Shown here: positions 10,036 to 21,800 of the stretch, one piece after another
How positions within the stretch are numbered: the stretch's first letter is position 1
Layout: every line of letters begins with the position of its first letter
Source: an uncultured delta proteobacterium
GTDB lineage: Bacteria; Desulfobacterota; Syntrophia; Syntrophales; UBA2185
Reading direction: 5' to 3'
NCBI GenBank assembly: GCA_963695875.1
Contig: CAVOID010000003.1
Coordinates: 192,001-256,000, forward strand
Length of the DNA: 64,000 bases
Made by a program: the position numbers and the translations under genes
Notes under the pieces: model-generated
What the model saw: only the letters and a program-made list of their open reading frames with translations
Database searches by the model: none
Told to the model about the DNA's origin: nothing

Positions 10036-13000
10036 ATGCGGTACACGATAGAAACAAAAGACGAAGATTTGCGGGCGAAGTGCATAGAAGAACTGGCACG
10101 CAAAAGAGGATTAGATGAGATAGAGGCGCTTGCAATCGACGATCGCCTGCTTACACTCATAAAGATCATCTCCACAGGATTAGGAGAAGATGTAAACCTG
10201 AATATCGTGCCCGGTGACAGGTGGAAATACAATGCAGAGACTAACGAAATAATATTTCCCGTCGAATTGCTCTTGACCTCTTCCCCGGAAGAAATTATCG
10301 GATTTTCCGCTCATGAAGCTGGCCACAGGCAGATATCCCGCCATAATTTGAGAAAAGCGGCGTTTAAACGCTTCTTCTCCAAAGAATATTTGCGTCTTCT
10401 CTTGAATGCCTTTGAAGACAGCCGTGTAGATAACTGGCTGATTAGTTTCTACAAGGGGATAAAACACTACCTCGACATAACCTATGATGATTTGCTTCCC
10501 CGGAATTTAAACACATCAACGTATGTAAATCACCTGCGGGGCGAAATAGCCGAAAGAGCGAACACGACCTGTCATCCCTTTCTCTTGTATCCCAATTTAG
10601 AATACCTGCTGGGCATGCGGTATTACTGGAGGTATGGTCGTCTGCCATCCCAGGTAATGAATCCTGAAGTGAACGTCGCATTGAAGCGGACGCATGGGGA
10701 TTTTGATGAGATTTTCAATCATTATCCTGCCGGGCGCGTATCGGAACTGGAAAGAATGCAGTTTGCTGAAGAAGCCGCGATCCTTGTCAGGGACAAAATT
10801 CTTCCCGAGTATGAAAATTTAGTCAGGATGACAATCGAAAAATTAGTTGATGAAATAAAAAATAATCAGATCCAGATTAAACAAAAGAAGTGCGCCCAGG
10901 AAGATTTAAGCCCCAGTGAGTTGGAGGAAGAGGCCAGAAAGCTCTTGGAACTGAACGCAAAGGAACTGGCGAATAGGTTCTCCCCGAAGACAGAAAAACA
11001 GATTACAAGGAAGCTTGATAATTACAGGAAGGGCGCTTCTGAAGAAAAAGAGACACTTGTAGAAGGGGGAGAATCTCAGGAGGAAAGAAAATTAGAGTCC
11101 TTGCCTGCAGAAACACTTCGGGACCTCATCAAAAAGCAGCGGATCATTAACCGGGAGCAAGACGCGAAGATAAGCGAATATGAGAGGGTCTATAAGCTCA
11201 TCTCTAATTTAGTCCAGGCATTAAGCGGGGTCCTTGAGAATCACTTCTCGAAAAATAAAAGGCCTGCATTTAAAGGCTATTTCCCCTCGGGTCAGAAACC
11301 GGATCTAAAAAGGGCCATGGAGCTTTCCAGAAAATTGAGCGAGGGTATTCCCGTTCAGGAAAAGGATTTAAAGGTATTTTTGAAGAGGAGGCTTCCCACA
11401 CAGAGGGATCACAAGATAGTCCTGGCTCTGGATGAATCCGCCTCTATGGAAGAACCCAAGAGAACATCAGCTTTAGCAGGGCTTTTAGTCTTTATGGAGG
11501 CGCTGGATCATATCGGCATCGATTATGCGGTAATCGGATTTTCCGATAGCCCTGTCATGCATAAAGACTTTGGCAGAAAGCTGACTCCTCCTGACAGAAG
11601 ATTGTTATTTGAAGAAGTGTCGATGTACATACCTGGAGGTTCAACCGCTGATGCGGATACCCTTCAGTTAGCGACGAATATATTGAAAGATCAACCGGAG
11701 GATTCATCACGATGGATCATTATGGTGACTGATGGAGAGGGAAACGTGAATACAACAGGAAAGACATTTTTTGAGCTTCAGAAAGAAGCATTGGATCAAA
11801 AGATAGAGGTACTGGGAGTGGGTTTAGGCGAAGAAGTAACCGAGGTTATTAAACGTTACAAAAGCGGCATACAGATAGACGACGTGGAAAAACTGCCCTC
11901 TGTCGTTTCCGATATATTGGAGGAAAAACTGGTTACTCAAGATGTATTATGGGAAAATTTCTTAACTCCACAGCATGGGGGAAAGAGTGCTGAAGCGATG
12001 ACATCACCATCTCTCCCCCAGGATTTGTCCGAACTCCTGGCAAGCATCTACCTCCATCAAAAACAGCATATCCCAACCTTCAATGTGAGACACTTGAAGA
12101 GAGCTTCAGAGCTGTTGGGTTTCTTATTGAGCAGGGGTTATCCGACGAAAGAGGGATTCGGAAGGAGTCTGAAATATGCCTTTATAGACACCCAGGAGCA
12201 ACCGCAAAGGGTAAGAAATCTTCTTCTGGGAGAACTTACGGATATACAGAGGATATTATCTGACTTTACTCCTCAGGATGTGCCTCAAGACTTGCTACGC
12301 GCATCTTCTCACGCAGAGGTTCCCGTGGCCTCAATCCCTCATGACCTGGCACCATTGCTGGATATTATAATGAAGAACAACTCACATCCTCACATCGAGC
12401 AAGCCCTCTCGTTATTGAAGGAACTAATCAGCTCCTCTGATCTTGCATTTGTGTGTATCCCCGGATTGGAGGCCTGTTTCCGGGTCATTCAGGATGAATT
12501 GATAAAAGAGATAACCATAGAGGAATTGGAGAAAAAATTAGAGGATAAAAGCTGGGCTGTCCGCCAGCCCGCGGCCTTAGCCCTGGGTCGGGTTTACCTG
12601 GCACTGATCAAACAGGGGAAAGACGCGGAATTGAGTACTTTGGAAAAAGGATTGAATGATGAAGATCCGACTGTCTGCCGGGCCGCGGCCCAGGCCTTAA
12701 GCCGGATATGGTATCATGACTATCGCAAGGGAAAAATAACCGTAGCGGAACTGGAGCATAGACTGGAAGATACAAACTGGGCAATCCGTCAAACTGCGGT
12801 AAGAACCTTGGGTAAGATCTATCCGGCGCTTGTTAAACAGGGGAATGATATAGACATAAGCAAACTGGAAGAAGGGTTGTGGAATAAAAACTGGTTTGTC
12901 CGCCAGGCCGAGTCTGAAGCCCTGGGCCAAATCTATCCTGCACTCATCAAACAGGGAATAGGGGTGGATTTGAGCAGGCTGGAAGATAAATTAAAGGACA

Positions 13001-15444
13001 AAAACATACTTGTCCGTCAAACTGCGGCACTAGCTCTGGGTCAGGCCTATCCCCCCCTTATCAAACGGGGAAAAGATGTAAGCTTAAACGTACTGAAAGA
13101 AAGATTGGATGATGATGACTGGTCTGTCCGTCAGGCTACATCACAGTCCCTGGGACGGATCTGGTTTCACAGCTATTACCAGGGGAAGATGGACTTAAAA
13201 GATATAGAAGAAAAACTGGATGACATAAGCTGGTCTGTCCGCCAGGCCGCATGCCAGACATTGGGTCAGATATACCCTGCGCTTATCAAGCAGGGGAAAA
13301 ATGTAAACTTAAAAAAATTGGAAGAAAGGCTATGGGATGCGGATGTGGACAGGTCCGTATGCCAGGCCGCGGCTCAGGCCCTGGGCCGGATTTGGCCGCA
13401 CAGCTATAACCGGAAGAAGATAACCTTTAAGGCATTGGAAGAACGATTAAAGGATGACAACTGGTTTGTCCACCAGGCCGCAGCCTTAGCGTTAGTAAAG
13501 ATACACCATACCCTTGTCCAACAGGGGAATGATGCGGACTTAAGCAAACTGGAAAGAAGATTGAAGGATAAGATCTGGTCTGTCCGTCAGGCCGCAGCAC
13601 GGGCTTCCATAAAAACCTTTTCCGATCTCATATCGAACAATGAAAAAGAATTCAGCAAGGTCTTGGCCTCATTCAATGAGATGCTGGGCGAGCCAATGGA
13701 AAGCATCCTCACAGGCACTCATGCCAACCAGGTTCAAGTCGGCGAGAAGTCGTTAACGGTGGGCAATCTACTTTTTGACAGAACAAAAAGCATCGATGAT
13801 ATACCTGCCTGCGTGATGACGGCATCCGGCTATCACATTATAGAAACGTTATGTATCGGCTACCTGTTGAAACACTCTATCTTGCTCCTGGGTCCCACAT
13901 CAACGGGAAAGAGTTTCCTGATTAAATGGCTGGCGAAGGTATTGGGCTACGAGCACCTCTCGTATTCCATCAACCCCTATACCTCCAAGTTTGAAATAAT
14001 CGGCGGCATTAAACCGGATAGCGAAGGAAGATTCGTCTGGCAGGATGGGATTCTTTTGAATGCGGCAAGAGAGGGTCTATGGCTGGCCCTGGAAGAGATA
14101 AACCTGGCATCTTCTGAAGTTGTTGAGATATTGAATGATTATTTGATTACGGGAAAGATATCCTATTCAGCGAATGGGGAGCAGAAGGAATTGTATCCCC
14201 ATCAGGACTTCAGGCTCTTTGCCACCGGGAATCCTGAAAGTTACAGCCAGCGGCAGAAACTCTCGGAGGTTTTTTTATCAAGGTTTAAAATCCTCTATCA
14301 AAAAGAGCTTTCCGAGGAGGAGTTGTCCCAGATACTGAGTTCCTTATTCGAAATCTCTTCTTCTTTAGCCCTTCCGATTGCGAGATTCCATACGACCTTG
14401 CAGAATCAGGCGGATAGCCGCATCATCGGCAAAGCGGAAAAAGACCCGTATACTTTTACCCTCAGGGATATCATCAGGCTGGGTAAGAGACTGGAGCCGA
14501 TTCTCGCAAAGGGACCAGTGGATGGGGCATACCTTATGAGATTTTTCCTCGAGTTCTTCAGCGTCTATATCGGCAGGCTGAGGGATGAATATGAAAGAGA
14601 AGCGGTGATCAGCTTATTGGATACTCATTTTGGTTTCAGAGCTAAGGGACTGGATCTGGAAGCAGTGCTCATGTCTTCGTCCGAAGACCTGAAAGTCTTA
14701 CTTGAAACATTACCGTCCTCACAGGGGGGAGAATTTGTTCCAAGGGATGACGCGGACATTATACCTACACCGACACAAAGGAGAACCCTCTATTTGATCC
14801 TGAAAGCCCTCATACACAATGAGCCGGTTCTTGTGGTGGGAAATCCTGCCTCCGGAAAAACTACACTTATTAGATATTTGGCAAGGCAAAAGAAGACCAA
14901 CCTCTATTATGTCAACCTCTCCTCCGATACAGGACTGGAAGAACTCCTTGGCGGTTATACACAAGACAAGAGCGGAAGATGGCACTACAGAAAAGGGCTT
15001 CTGTTTTCGGCAATGGAGGAGGGGAGTTGGCTCTTGATCGATGAAGCGAATCTGTCTCCCTTATCGGAATACTTGAACAGCCTCCTCGACTTTGGCTATG
15101 TAATTGATGGAGAAGAAAATATCTGCTATTCCCATCCTAACTTCAGGGTATTCCTGGCCATAAATCCGCCCTCTGTGCATCAATCAAGAAATCTGCTTTC
15201 CCCCGCCTTGAGGTCACGGTTCACCGAGGTCTGGGTTGAAGAGTTGACTAATTTGGGAGAACTCGCCGGTTTAATTGATACCTGGGGTAACTCTCACGGT
15301 GTAGTATCTGGAACCCATGAGCGGAAGAAAGGCAAAAAACGCAAGGGTCGTGAGGAAAAAACTCCTGAGGATGAAAAGACAGTAAAAAAAGCCGAACAAA
15401 AGGAGTTTGCATCCTTCAAGCGATATACCCACTTTTCAACGTGA
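10036..15444 (+). CDS. 1802-aa protein: HExxH CobT-N-like domain, VWA, about 10 HEAT repeats, two dynein/midasin-type AAA+ modules
   Basis: HEAGH and NAFEDSR; DESASM, GGST, TDG; repeats LE-x-L-x-D-xx-W-x-VRQAA; GPTSTGKS and GNPASGKT with HPNFRVF/ALRSRF. Confidence 0.85.
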   Translation: MRYTIETKDEDLRAKCIEELARKRGLDEIEALAIDDRLLTLIKIISTGLGEDVNLNIVPGDRWKYNAETNEIIFPVELLLTSSPEEIIGFSAHEAGHRQISRHNLRKAAFKRFFSKEYLRLLLNAFEDSRVDNWLISFYKGIKHYLDITYDDLLPRNLNTSTYVNHLRGEIAERANTTCHPFLLYPNLEYLLGMRYYWRYGRLPSQVMNPEVNVALKRTHGDFDEIFNHYPAGRVSELERMQFAEEAAILVRDKILPEYENLVRMTIEKLVDEIKNNQIQIKQKKCAQEDLSPSELEEEARKLLELNAKELANRFSPKTEKQITRKLDNYRKGASEEKETLVEGGESQEERKLESLPAETLRDLIKKQRIINREQDAKISEYERVYKLISNLVQALSGVLENHFSKNKRPAFKGYFPSGQKPDLKRAMELSRKLSEGIPVQEKDLKVFLKRRLPTQRDHKIVLALDESASMEEPKRTSALAGLLVFMEALDHIGIDYAVIGFSDSPVMHKDFGRKLTPPDRRLLFEEVSMYIPGGSTADADTLQLATNILKDQPEDSSRWIIMVTDGEGNVNTTGKTFFELQKEALDQKIEVLGVGLGEEVTEVIKRYKSGIQIDDVEKLPSVVSDILEEKLVTQDVLWENFLTPQHGGKSAEAMTSPSLPQDLSELLASIYLHQKQHIPTFNVRHLKRASELLGFLLSRGYPTKEGFGRSLKYAFIDTQEQPQRVRNLLLGELTDIQRILSDFTPQDVPQDLLRASSHAEVPVASIPHDLAPLLDIIMKNNSHPHIEQALSLLKELISSSDLAFVCIPGLEACFRVIQDELIKEITIEELEKKLEDKSWAVRQPAALALGRVYLALIKQGKDAELSTLEKGLNDEDPTVCRAAAQALSRIWYHDYRKGKITVAELEHRLEDTNWAIRQTAVRTLGKIYPALVKQGNDIDISKLEEGLWNKNWFVRQAESEALGQIYPALIKQGIGVDLSRLEDKLKDKNILVRQTAALALGQAYPPLIKRGKDVSLNVLKERLDDDDWSVRQATSQSLGRIWFHSYYQGKMDLKDIEEKLDDISWSVRQAACQTLGQIYPALIKQGKNVNLKKLEERLWDADVDRSVCQAAAQALGRIWPHSYNRKKITFKALEERLKDDNWFVHQAAALALVKIHHTLVQQGNDADLSKLERRLKDKIWSVRQAAARASIKTFSDLISNNEKEFSKVLASFNEMLGEPMESILTGTHANQVQVGEKSLTVGNLLFDRTKSIDDIPACVMTASGYHIIETLCIGYLLKHSILLLGPTSTGKSFLIKWLAKVLGYEHLSYSINPYTSKFEIIGGIKPDSEGRFVWQDGILLNAAREGLWLALEEINLASSEVVEILNDYLITGKISYSANGEQKELYPHQDFRLFATGNPESYSQRQKLSEVFLSRFKILYQKELSEEELSQILSSLFEISSSLALPIARFHTTLQNQADSRIIGKAEKDPYTFTLRDIIRLGKRLEPILAKGPVDGAYLMRFFLEFFSVYIGRLRDEYEREAVISLLDTHFGFRAKGLDLEAVLMSSSEDLKVLLETLPSSQGGEFVPRDDADIIPTPTQRRTLYLILKALIHNEPVLVVGNPASGKTTLIRYLARQKKTNLYYVNLSSDTGLEELLGGYTQDKSGRWHYRKGLLFSAMEEGSWLLIDEANLSPLSEYLNSLLDFGYVIDGEENICYSHPNFRVFLAINPPSVHQSRNLLSPALRSRFTEVWVEELTNLGELAGLIDTWGNSHGVVSGTHERKKGKKRKGREEKTPEDEKTVKKAEQKEFASFKRYTHFST
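12511..13620 (+). repeat. Ten tandem ~37-39 aa HEAT-like repeats (coding)
   Basis: Repeated units visible in protein and DNA (gtccgccaggccgc / gtccgtcag). Confidence 0.85.
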
Positions 15445-15496
15445 TGGGAAGAGCACTTTAAAAATCTTTCTTTAACAGCACTAGCATGAAAATGGC

Positions 15497-15525
15497 TGTC
15501 ACTCTTCGATAGGCTCAGGGTGACC
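15497..15525. repeat. REP-like palindrome (GTCAC...CTTCGAxAGGCTCAG...GTGAC)
   Basis: Related CTTCGACAAGCTCAG units recur at 59314-59367. Confidence 0.5.
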
Positions 15526-15584
15526 ATGCGTTTTCACGCCGACGTGGTGTCACCTCTTACTTTGGACAAGAATTAATTTTATAA

Positions 15585-15614
15585 CCCCCTTTGGAAAAGG
15601 GGGCTGGGGGATTT
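15585..15614. repeat. CCCCCTTT-GG-AAAAGGGGG REP-like hairpin
   Basis: Short GC palindrome followed by GGGGGATTT. Confidence 0.4.
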
Positions 15615-15626
15615 TGTGGCAATAGT

Positions 15627-16403
15627 ATGAGAACAATGCTCCCAGCAGGTGAAATAGCACGGCGCCTCCATGACATCGTGTTCCAGAAGGGAGAAGACCT
15701 TACGGTCGAAGAAGTACATGTCGGCCTCGGTTACGTTGGGGTAAGACTTGACAACGACGGCATGGGCCTTGCAGCCCTGTTACTTCACGAGATATCGCCG
15801 GGCTGTTCTGTTATTCCCGAAGCCGGAAAGTTAGCCGGAGAAAAGGCAACCTCTCTTCTCAATAAACTTATAGAAGGACAGAATCCCCTGGATAAAGCCC
15901 TCGGCCTTGCTACTGCTAATGCCGCCCTTCATCCCACATCTATTCAAGACGAAAGAGACTCCCTCTCTATCATGAGGCTGACGCCTGACGACCATGTGGC
16001 AATGGTCGGACTCTTCACGCCGATGGTTCCGAAGATCGAGGCGACAGGGGTAAAACTTTCTGTCATTGAGCGAAACCCCGCGCGGATGGCAGTTCTTGAT
16101 AAGAAAGAGACTGGCAGGATATTAAATGAGTGCACCGTAGCCATCATTACAGCAACCACACTCCTGAATGATACCCTGGAAGAGATTCTCAATGGCCTGG
16201 GGAATCCCCGGCATGTCGCCATCCTCGGCCCATCCACCCCTCTCTGCCCTGATATCTTTCAGGGAACGCAGGTCAACCATCTGGGGGGGTCTGTAGTCCG
16301 GGATGCTTATAAAGTCATGCGGATCATCTCCGAAGGCGGCGGCACCCCGGCCATGCGGCCCTACTTGCAATTCGTGAACATCCTCCTTCCCAAAACTTCT
16401 TGA
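15627..16403 (+). CDS. DUF364/DUF4213 family (putative heavy-metal-binding Rossmann-like) protein
   Basis: ALGLATANA, VAMVGLF, ITATTLLNDTL, LGPSTPL. Confidence 0.8.
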   Translation: MRTMLPAGEIARRLHDIVFQKGEDLTVEEVHVGLGYVGVRLDNDGMGLAALLLHEISPGCSVIPEAGKLAGEKATSLLNKLIEGQNPLDKALGLATANAALHPTSIQDERDSLSIMRLTPDDHVAMVGLFTPMVPKIEATGVKLSVIERNPARMAVLDKKETGRILNECTVAIITATTLLNDTLEEILNGLGNPRHVAILGPSTPLCPDIFQGTQVNHLGGSVVRDAYKVMRIISEGGGTPAMRPYLQFVNILLPKTS

Positions 16404-16435
16404 CATCAAATAGGAAATAAATCGCGGGCAAACGG

Positions 16436-17104
16436 ATGAGGGTCATAAACAAATACAGAAAAATCATATTCCATACAACTATACTGACCATCATCCTTGG
16501 TACGTTATTGGCGCCTGTCACCGCTTCGCCGGAATCCGGATGGAAGCTCGCATTGCAGAAGGACGGTATTGAAGTCTCCACAAGAGGTGTTCCCGGTTCG
16601 GATTTAGATGAGTTCATGGGTACGACGGTAATCGAGGCATCGGTCAATGTCATCGAGGCGGTAATTGATGATGTGCCGGCAGCACCTCAATGGATGGCGG
16701 ATTGCAGAGAAGCGAGGACTATCCGCAAAATAGACGAAAACGTAAGCGTGGTGTTAAACGTAACGAAGACGCCCTGGCCGGTGTATGACAGAGAAACTCT
16801 TTTGATATCGACGAAGCAAAAGGATGCGAAGGCAGAGACGGTGATATTTGAATTTCATTCCGTAAATGATCCCGCTGTCCCTGTAGGAAAGAAGAATGTC
16901 AGGATTCCGGCGATTGACGGTCGATGGGTTTTAACCGCTGTCGACGAAGGGCACACAGAAGTCACTTATACCGTAAAGTCCAACCCAGGTGGCTCTATAC
17001 CCAAATTCATTGCCAAACAGAGGAGCAGGGATATTCCCTACAAAACCTTGTTGGGTTTAAAGGAAATGGTCAAGAAAGATAAATATAAAGAGACAACTAA
17101 ATAA
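16436..17104 (+). CDS. Exported START-domain (lipid-binding) protein
   Basis: Signal peptide; W-x6-GIEV, PWPVYDR, NPGGSIP. Confidence 0.8.
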   Translation: MRVINKYRKIIFHTTILTIILGTLLAPVTASPESGWKLALQKDGIEVSTRGVPGSDLDEFMGTTVIEASVNVIEAVIDDVPAAPQWMADCREARTIRKIDENVSVVLNVTKTPWPVYDRETLLISTKQKDAKAETVIFEFHSVNDPAVPVGKKNVRIPAIDGRWVLTAVDEGHTEVTYTVKSNPGGSIPKFIAKQRSRDIPYKTLLGLKEMVKKDKYKETTK

Positions 17105-17401
17105 CAAATACCAAGCTTCAAAGCCGCTCATCGGAAAATTCATTGAATTCCTTTTGCCATGTCCGGCGAGGAGATGAGGAATGAACCTAACTGCCCTTGT
17201 TTCAATTCCAACGCAGATAACAGAAGGCTCAAGCGTTGCCAATGCAAAGGGTTACATCCTGTCGCTCGCTCTGCATAATTGTCTCATCTAAGCAAAGTTG
17301 TTTCTTGGCAAGTGAACGTTACACGCGCTTTTCTTATCCCATCTTTCCTGAAACAAATAGTCGATACCTGGCGTGCCAATATTCAAGCTGGCCTGCCCCC
17401 C

Positions 17402-18817
17402 TCAATGATGGACGACCTTATTGTCCGCCTCTATGACCCAGCCGCCGCCTATCGCCTTGTAAAGGTTCACGAGAGACTGGAAGAGAACTCCTGTCGTTTG
17501 AGCCCGGGCAAGTTCCGCATCGAAAAGGCTGCGCTCCGCATCAAGCACCTCGATGTAGCTTGTGTAGCCGTTTTCAAATCTCAGACGCGCGAAGCGAGCG
17601 TAGGTGAGCAGAGATTCGACCTGCCGCGTCTGGATCTCAAGCCCTTCCCGTGACCTCCTCTGGTCAATAAGGGCGTCTTCGACTTCACGAAAGGCCGTCT
17701 GGATGGATTGCTGATACTGAAGGAGGGCCTGCCGCTGTATCGCCTCAGCCGCTTCGACCTGTCCGCCAATGGCGCCTGCTGTGAAGATCGGCACATTCAG
17801 AGGAACGTTCCAGCTCCAGACTCTGGATGGTCCCTGGAAGAGTGTTGAGAGGTCCGTGCTCGCGAATCCAAACATGCCGGTCAGAGAAATCGTCGGAAAA
17901 TAGAGTGACCGTGCCACACCGATTCTCGCATTGGCCGCTATGAGGACCTGCTCGGCCTGTCGTATATCCGGACGCTTGGCAAGCAAGTCTGACGGCAGGC
18001 CTGCCGGCACGGCGGGAAGTACAAGCTCATCAATCTTCTTCCCTCGTGGAATAGAACCCGGATTTCGTCCGATAAGCACACTCAGTGCATTTTCTTGTTG
18101 GCTAATGGCCTTTTCGAGAAACGGGATGATTGCGAGGGCCTGCTCATACAGTGATTTGACCTGGCTCAGTTCGAGTTCGGAGATGACACCACCCCGGAAA
18201 CGCAACTGGAAAAGGTCATAAGACTCCTTGCGGCTCTGTGCGGTGCGTCTGGCAATCTCAAGTTGTTTGTCAAGGTCGCGAAGATTCACATAGGCGCTTG
18301 CCACAGACGCTACAAGAGTAAGGATAACACCCTTTCGTCCCTCTTCCTGACTCAGTAGATCGGCACGGGACGCCTCCGTTGCCCTCCTCAGCTTGCCCCA
18401 CAGGTCGATTTCCCAGCTCGCATTCAGGAAGGCGGAATAGTTGTCCGCGGGGTTCTGAGTGGCGGATGTGAGGGCAGTTGCGCCGTTTTCTGTGGCCCTG
18501 CTTCTGCCCCCAATTGCTCCTGCGCCGGCCTGGGGAAAAAGGGAGGCGCGGGTTATACCATATCGGCCTACAAACTCTTCAACGCGTGCCGTGGCGATCA
18601 TGACATCCTTATTCTCTTTCAATGCCGTTTGAATCAGTTCATTCAGGACGGGATCATTGAATTGCTCCCACCATGCGGTATTGCCGATCTCTCTTGCTTC
18701 TTTTTCTTCAAAGCGCCAGGATGCAGGCGTCTCGACAGTCGGTCTCCGGTAGTCCGGGCCCATCATGCAGCCGAAAAGGATAATTGCCAGTAGCGGGCAG
18801 ACGACAATGTTACGCAT
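17402..18817 (-). CDS. NodT/OprM family efflux outer-membrane lipoprotein
   Basis: Lipobox [33 protein letters not shown]. Confidence 0.9.
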   Translation of the reverse strand: MRNIVVCPLLAIILFGCMMGPDYRRPTVETPASWRFEEKEAREIGNTAWWEQFNDPVLNELIQTALKENKDVMIATARVEEFVGRYGITRASLFPQAGAGAIGGRSRATENGATALTSATQNPADNYSAFLNASWEIDLWGKLRRATEASRADLLSQEEGRKGVILTLVASVASAYVNLRDLDKQLEIARRTAQSRKESYDLFQLRFRGGVISELELSQVKSLYEQALAIIPFLEKAISQQENALSVLIGRNPGSIPRGKKIDELVLPAVPAGLPSDLLAKRPDIRQAEQVLIAANARIGVARSLYFPTISLTGMFGFASTDLSTLFQGPSRVWSWNVPLNVPIFTAGAIGGQVEAAEAIQRQALLQYQQSIQTAFREVEDALIDQRRSREGLEIQTRQVESLLTYARFARLRFENGYTSYIEVLDAERSLFDAELARAQTTGVLFQSLVNLYKAIGGGWVIEADNKVVHH

Positions 18818-21800
18818 TGTTATTTTCCTTGCTCTCCCGGCGATCATCTTTTTTGCTCCTGCGGGAGAGAGTCATGACGACATAGAATGTCACGGGAATG
18901 AGAAAGACGGCGATCAGCGATGCAGTCAATGTCCCGCCCATGACGGCGGTTCCCATGATCTGCCGTGCAGTCGCGCCTGCGCCCGTGGATACGGCGAGGG
19001 GCAAGACACCGAACAGGAAAGCAAAGGATGTCATAAGGATCGGCCTGAGTCTCAGCCGCGCTCCCTCGAGGGCGGCGTCGGTAATGGACATCCCCTCTTC
19101 ATATTTCGCTTTCGCGAACTCAACTATGAGGATGGCATTCTTGGCAGTTAGACCGATAAGCACGATGAGGGCGATCTGGGCATAGATATTGTTCACCTGG
19201 CTGCGAAGCCATATCGCTATGAAGGCGCCGAAAACGGCTATGGGCGTGCTCAGAAGAACGCTGACAGGCAGCGACCAGCTTTCATACAGCGCCGCAAGGA
19301 TTAGAAAGACGCACAAGAGCGAAAACCCGAAGATGACGTACGTCGGTATTCCTTCCTGGGCCTTCTTTTCCTGGAAGCTCATGCCCATGTAATCGAGACC
19401 CATTTCGCTCGGCATTGTCTGGGCAAAGACTTCTTCGAGGGCCTTCATCGCCTGGCCGGAGCTATAACCGGGTTTGGCCGTGGCGTTGATCTGTGCCGAG
19501 CGATAAAGGTTGTACCGCATCGTAAATTCGGGACCGGAGCGCGATTCAATCGTCGTTACCGCCGAGAGCGGCACAGGATCCCCTCTTTCGTTTTGAACGA
19601 AGAACTGCCCTACCTTTTCGGCCTTGTTGCGGTATTCTCCCTCCGCCTGGACATAGACCTGCCATTGACGGCCGAATCGGTTGAAGTAATTTACGAAGTA
19701 TCCCCCCATGAAGGTCTGAAGCGTCTGGTACACCTGTCTCAAATCGATGCCCTGCTTGAGCACTTTGTCCCTGTCCACATTGATGAAGATCTGAGGAACA
19801 CCGGGCAGGAAGGTCGTCGTCACACGCTCCAGTTCCGGCCTCTGGCGCGCAGCCTCGAGAAATTTGTTGACGTTCTCCGCGAGATAGGGAATATCCTTGC
19901 CGGCCCTGTCTTCAAGAACAAGAGTTACACCGCCTGCGGTGCCGATCCCCGGGATGGCCGGGGGTGAAAAGGCAAAGGCAATCCCTTCCGGCAATTTGCC
20001 AAGTTCCCGATTCAGATGGGCCATGATGGCCTCGTACTGCTCCTCAGGCTTTTCCCGATCTTTCCACTCTTTCAGGTTTACAAAGAAGAAACCGCTGTAG
20101 GTGTTCTGCACAATGCTCAGCAGGCTCACGCCGACGACAGTCGTGTAGTATTTCACTCCGGGCGTGTTTGCAAGGATCTCCTCGATCTTTCTGCAAGCCG
20201 CGTCGGTACGCTGTAGCGAGGCTGCATCGGGCAGGGCCAGATTAATGAACATATACCCCTGATCTTCTTCCGGCAGGAAGCCTGCGGGAATCCCCTTGCC
20301 GAATGCCGGCGGAAACGACCGTGATCCCGGCAAGGAAGAGAAGGCTGAGGACGCTCTTGCGGATGAGCGTGCCCGAGAAGGAGACATAGCCGTTGGTGGC
20401 ACGGCCAAAGGCGCGGTTGAAAAGGCTGAAGAATTTTCCGAGCGGTCCCTGCGAATCCGACTTCGGCTTGAGCAAGAGTGCGCACAGCGCCGGGCTTAAG
20501 GACAGCGCATTAAATGTCGAGATGAGAACCGAGATGGCGATTGTCGCGGCAAACTGCTGGTAGAGCCGGCCCGTAATCCCCGGTATAAAGATTGTGGGGA
20601 TGAAAACCGCAGACAGGACCAGCGCAATGGCTATCATCGGCCCTGATACTTCTTCCATTGTCTTGAGTGCCGCCTCTTTCGGAGCCATGCCCTTCCTCCA
20701 TGTGCCGTTCCACCGCCTCCACCACGATGATGGCGTTATCCACAACCAGTCCTATGGCGAGAACCAGGCCGAAGATGGACAGGGTATTGATTGAGAAGCC
20801 GAGATAAGGGGAAGAAGGCAAACGTGCCGATGAGGGAGACCGGAACTGCAAGTGTTGGAATGAGGGTCGGCCTCCAGCCCTGAAGAAAGATGAAGACGAC
20901 GATGATGACGAGGATTATGGCGATGAAGAGCGTCTTGACAATCTCATGTATTCCTTCGGTGATTGCCCTTGTCGTGTCGAGACCGAGCGCATAGTCGAGA
21001 TCGGCGGGAAAGCGCTCCTTGGCCTCTTCCATTATCTTTCTGGCGCCTTGGGCAGCCGCTATCGCATTCGTCCCGGGCAACTGGTAGACGGCGATATTGG
21101 CGGCCGGTTTGCCGTTCAGCCTGCCCCTGATGTTATAAACCTGCGTCCCCAGATCAATGCGGGCCACGTCTTTCAGGCGGACAATCGATCCGTCAGGGTT
21201 GGCCCGGATAACGATCTCGCCGAATTCCTGCTCGGAGATGAGGCGGCCCTGGGCGCGAACCGCATAAGTAAATTCCTGCCCCGGAGGGACAGGCTCAGCG
21301 CCGATCTGCCCGGCAGGATTGACCGCATTCTGCTTCTGGACGGCATCGATGATCTGAGGGACGGTGATGCCGAGTTTTGCCAGGGTATCGGGCTTGACCC
21401 AGATGCGTATGGCAGTACTGGCCTGCCCCGAAGATCGAAACCATGGCGACGCCGGGGACGCGCAGCAACTGGTCGCTGAGATTGATATAGGCATAATTTG
21501 AAAGAAAAGTTGCATCATGTGTTGCATTCGGTGAATACAGGGAGAAGATCATCAACGGCGCAAACCTGGATTTCTGGACCGTGACTCCGTAATTGCGCAC
21601 GTCTAGCGGAAGCATCGGCTCGGCCTGATTCTGCCGTATCTGAGTAAGAACCTGGTCTGTATTCGGATTGGTCGCGACGTCGAAAGATACGATGATCCTC
21701 ATGATGCCGATGTTGGAGTTCAGGGAAAACATGTAATTCATGTTGTCCACGCCGCTCATCTGCTGCTCGATGGGGGTGGCAACCGACTGCTCCACCGTCA

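Noticed and set aside
12511..13620. Spaced ~110-bp repeats as CRISPR-like array
   Set aside because: In-frame, diverged protein repeats inside an intact ORF; no cas genes
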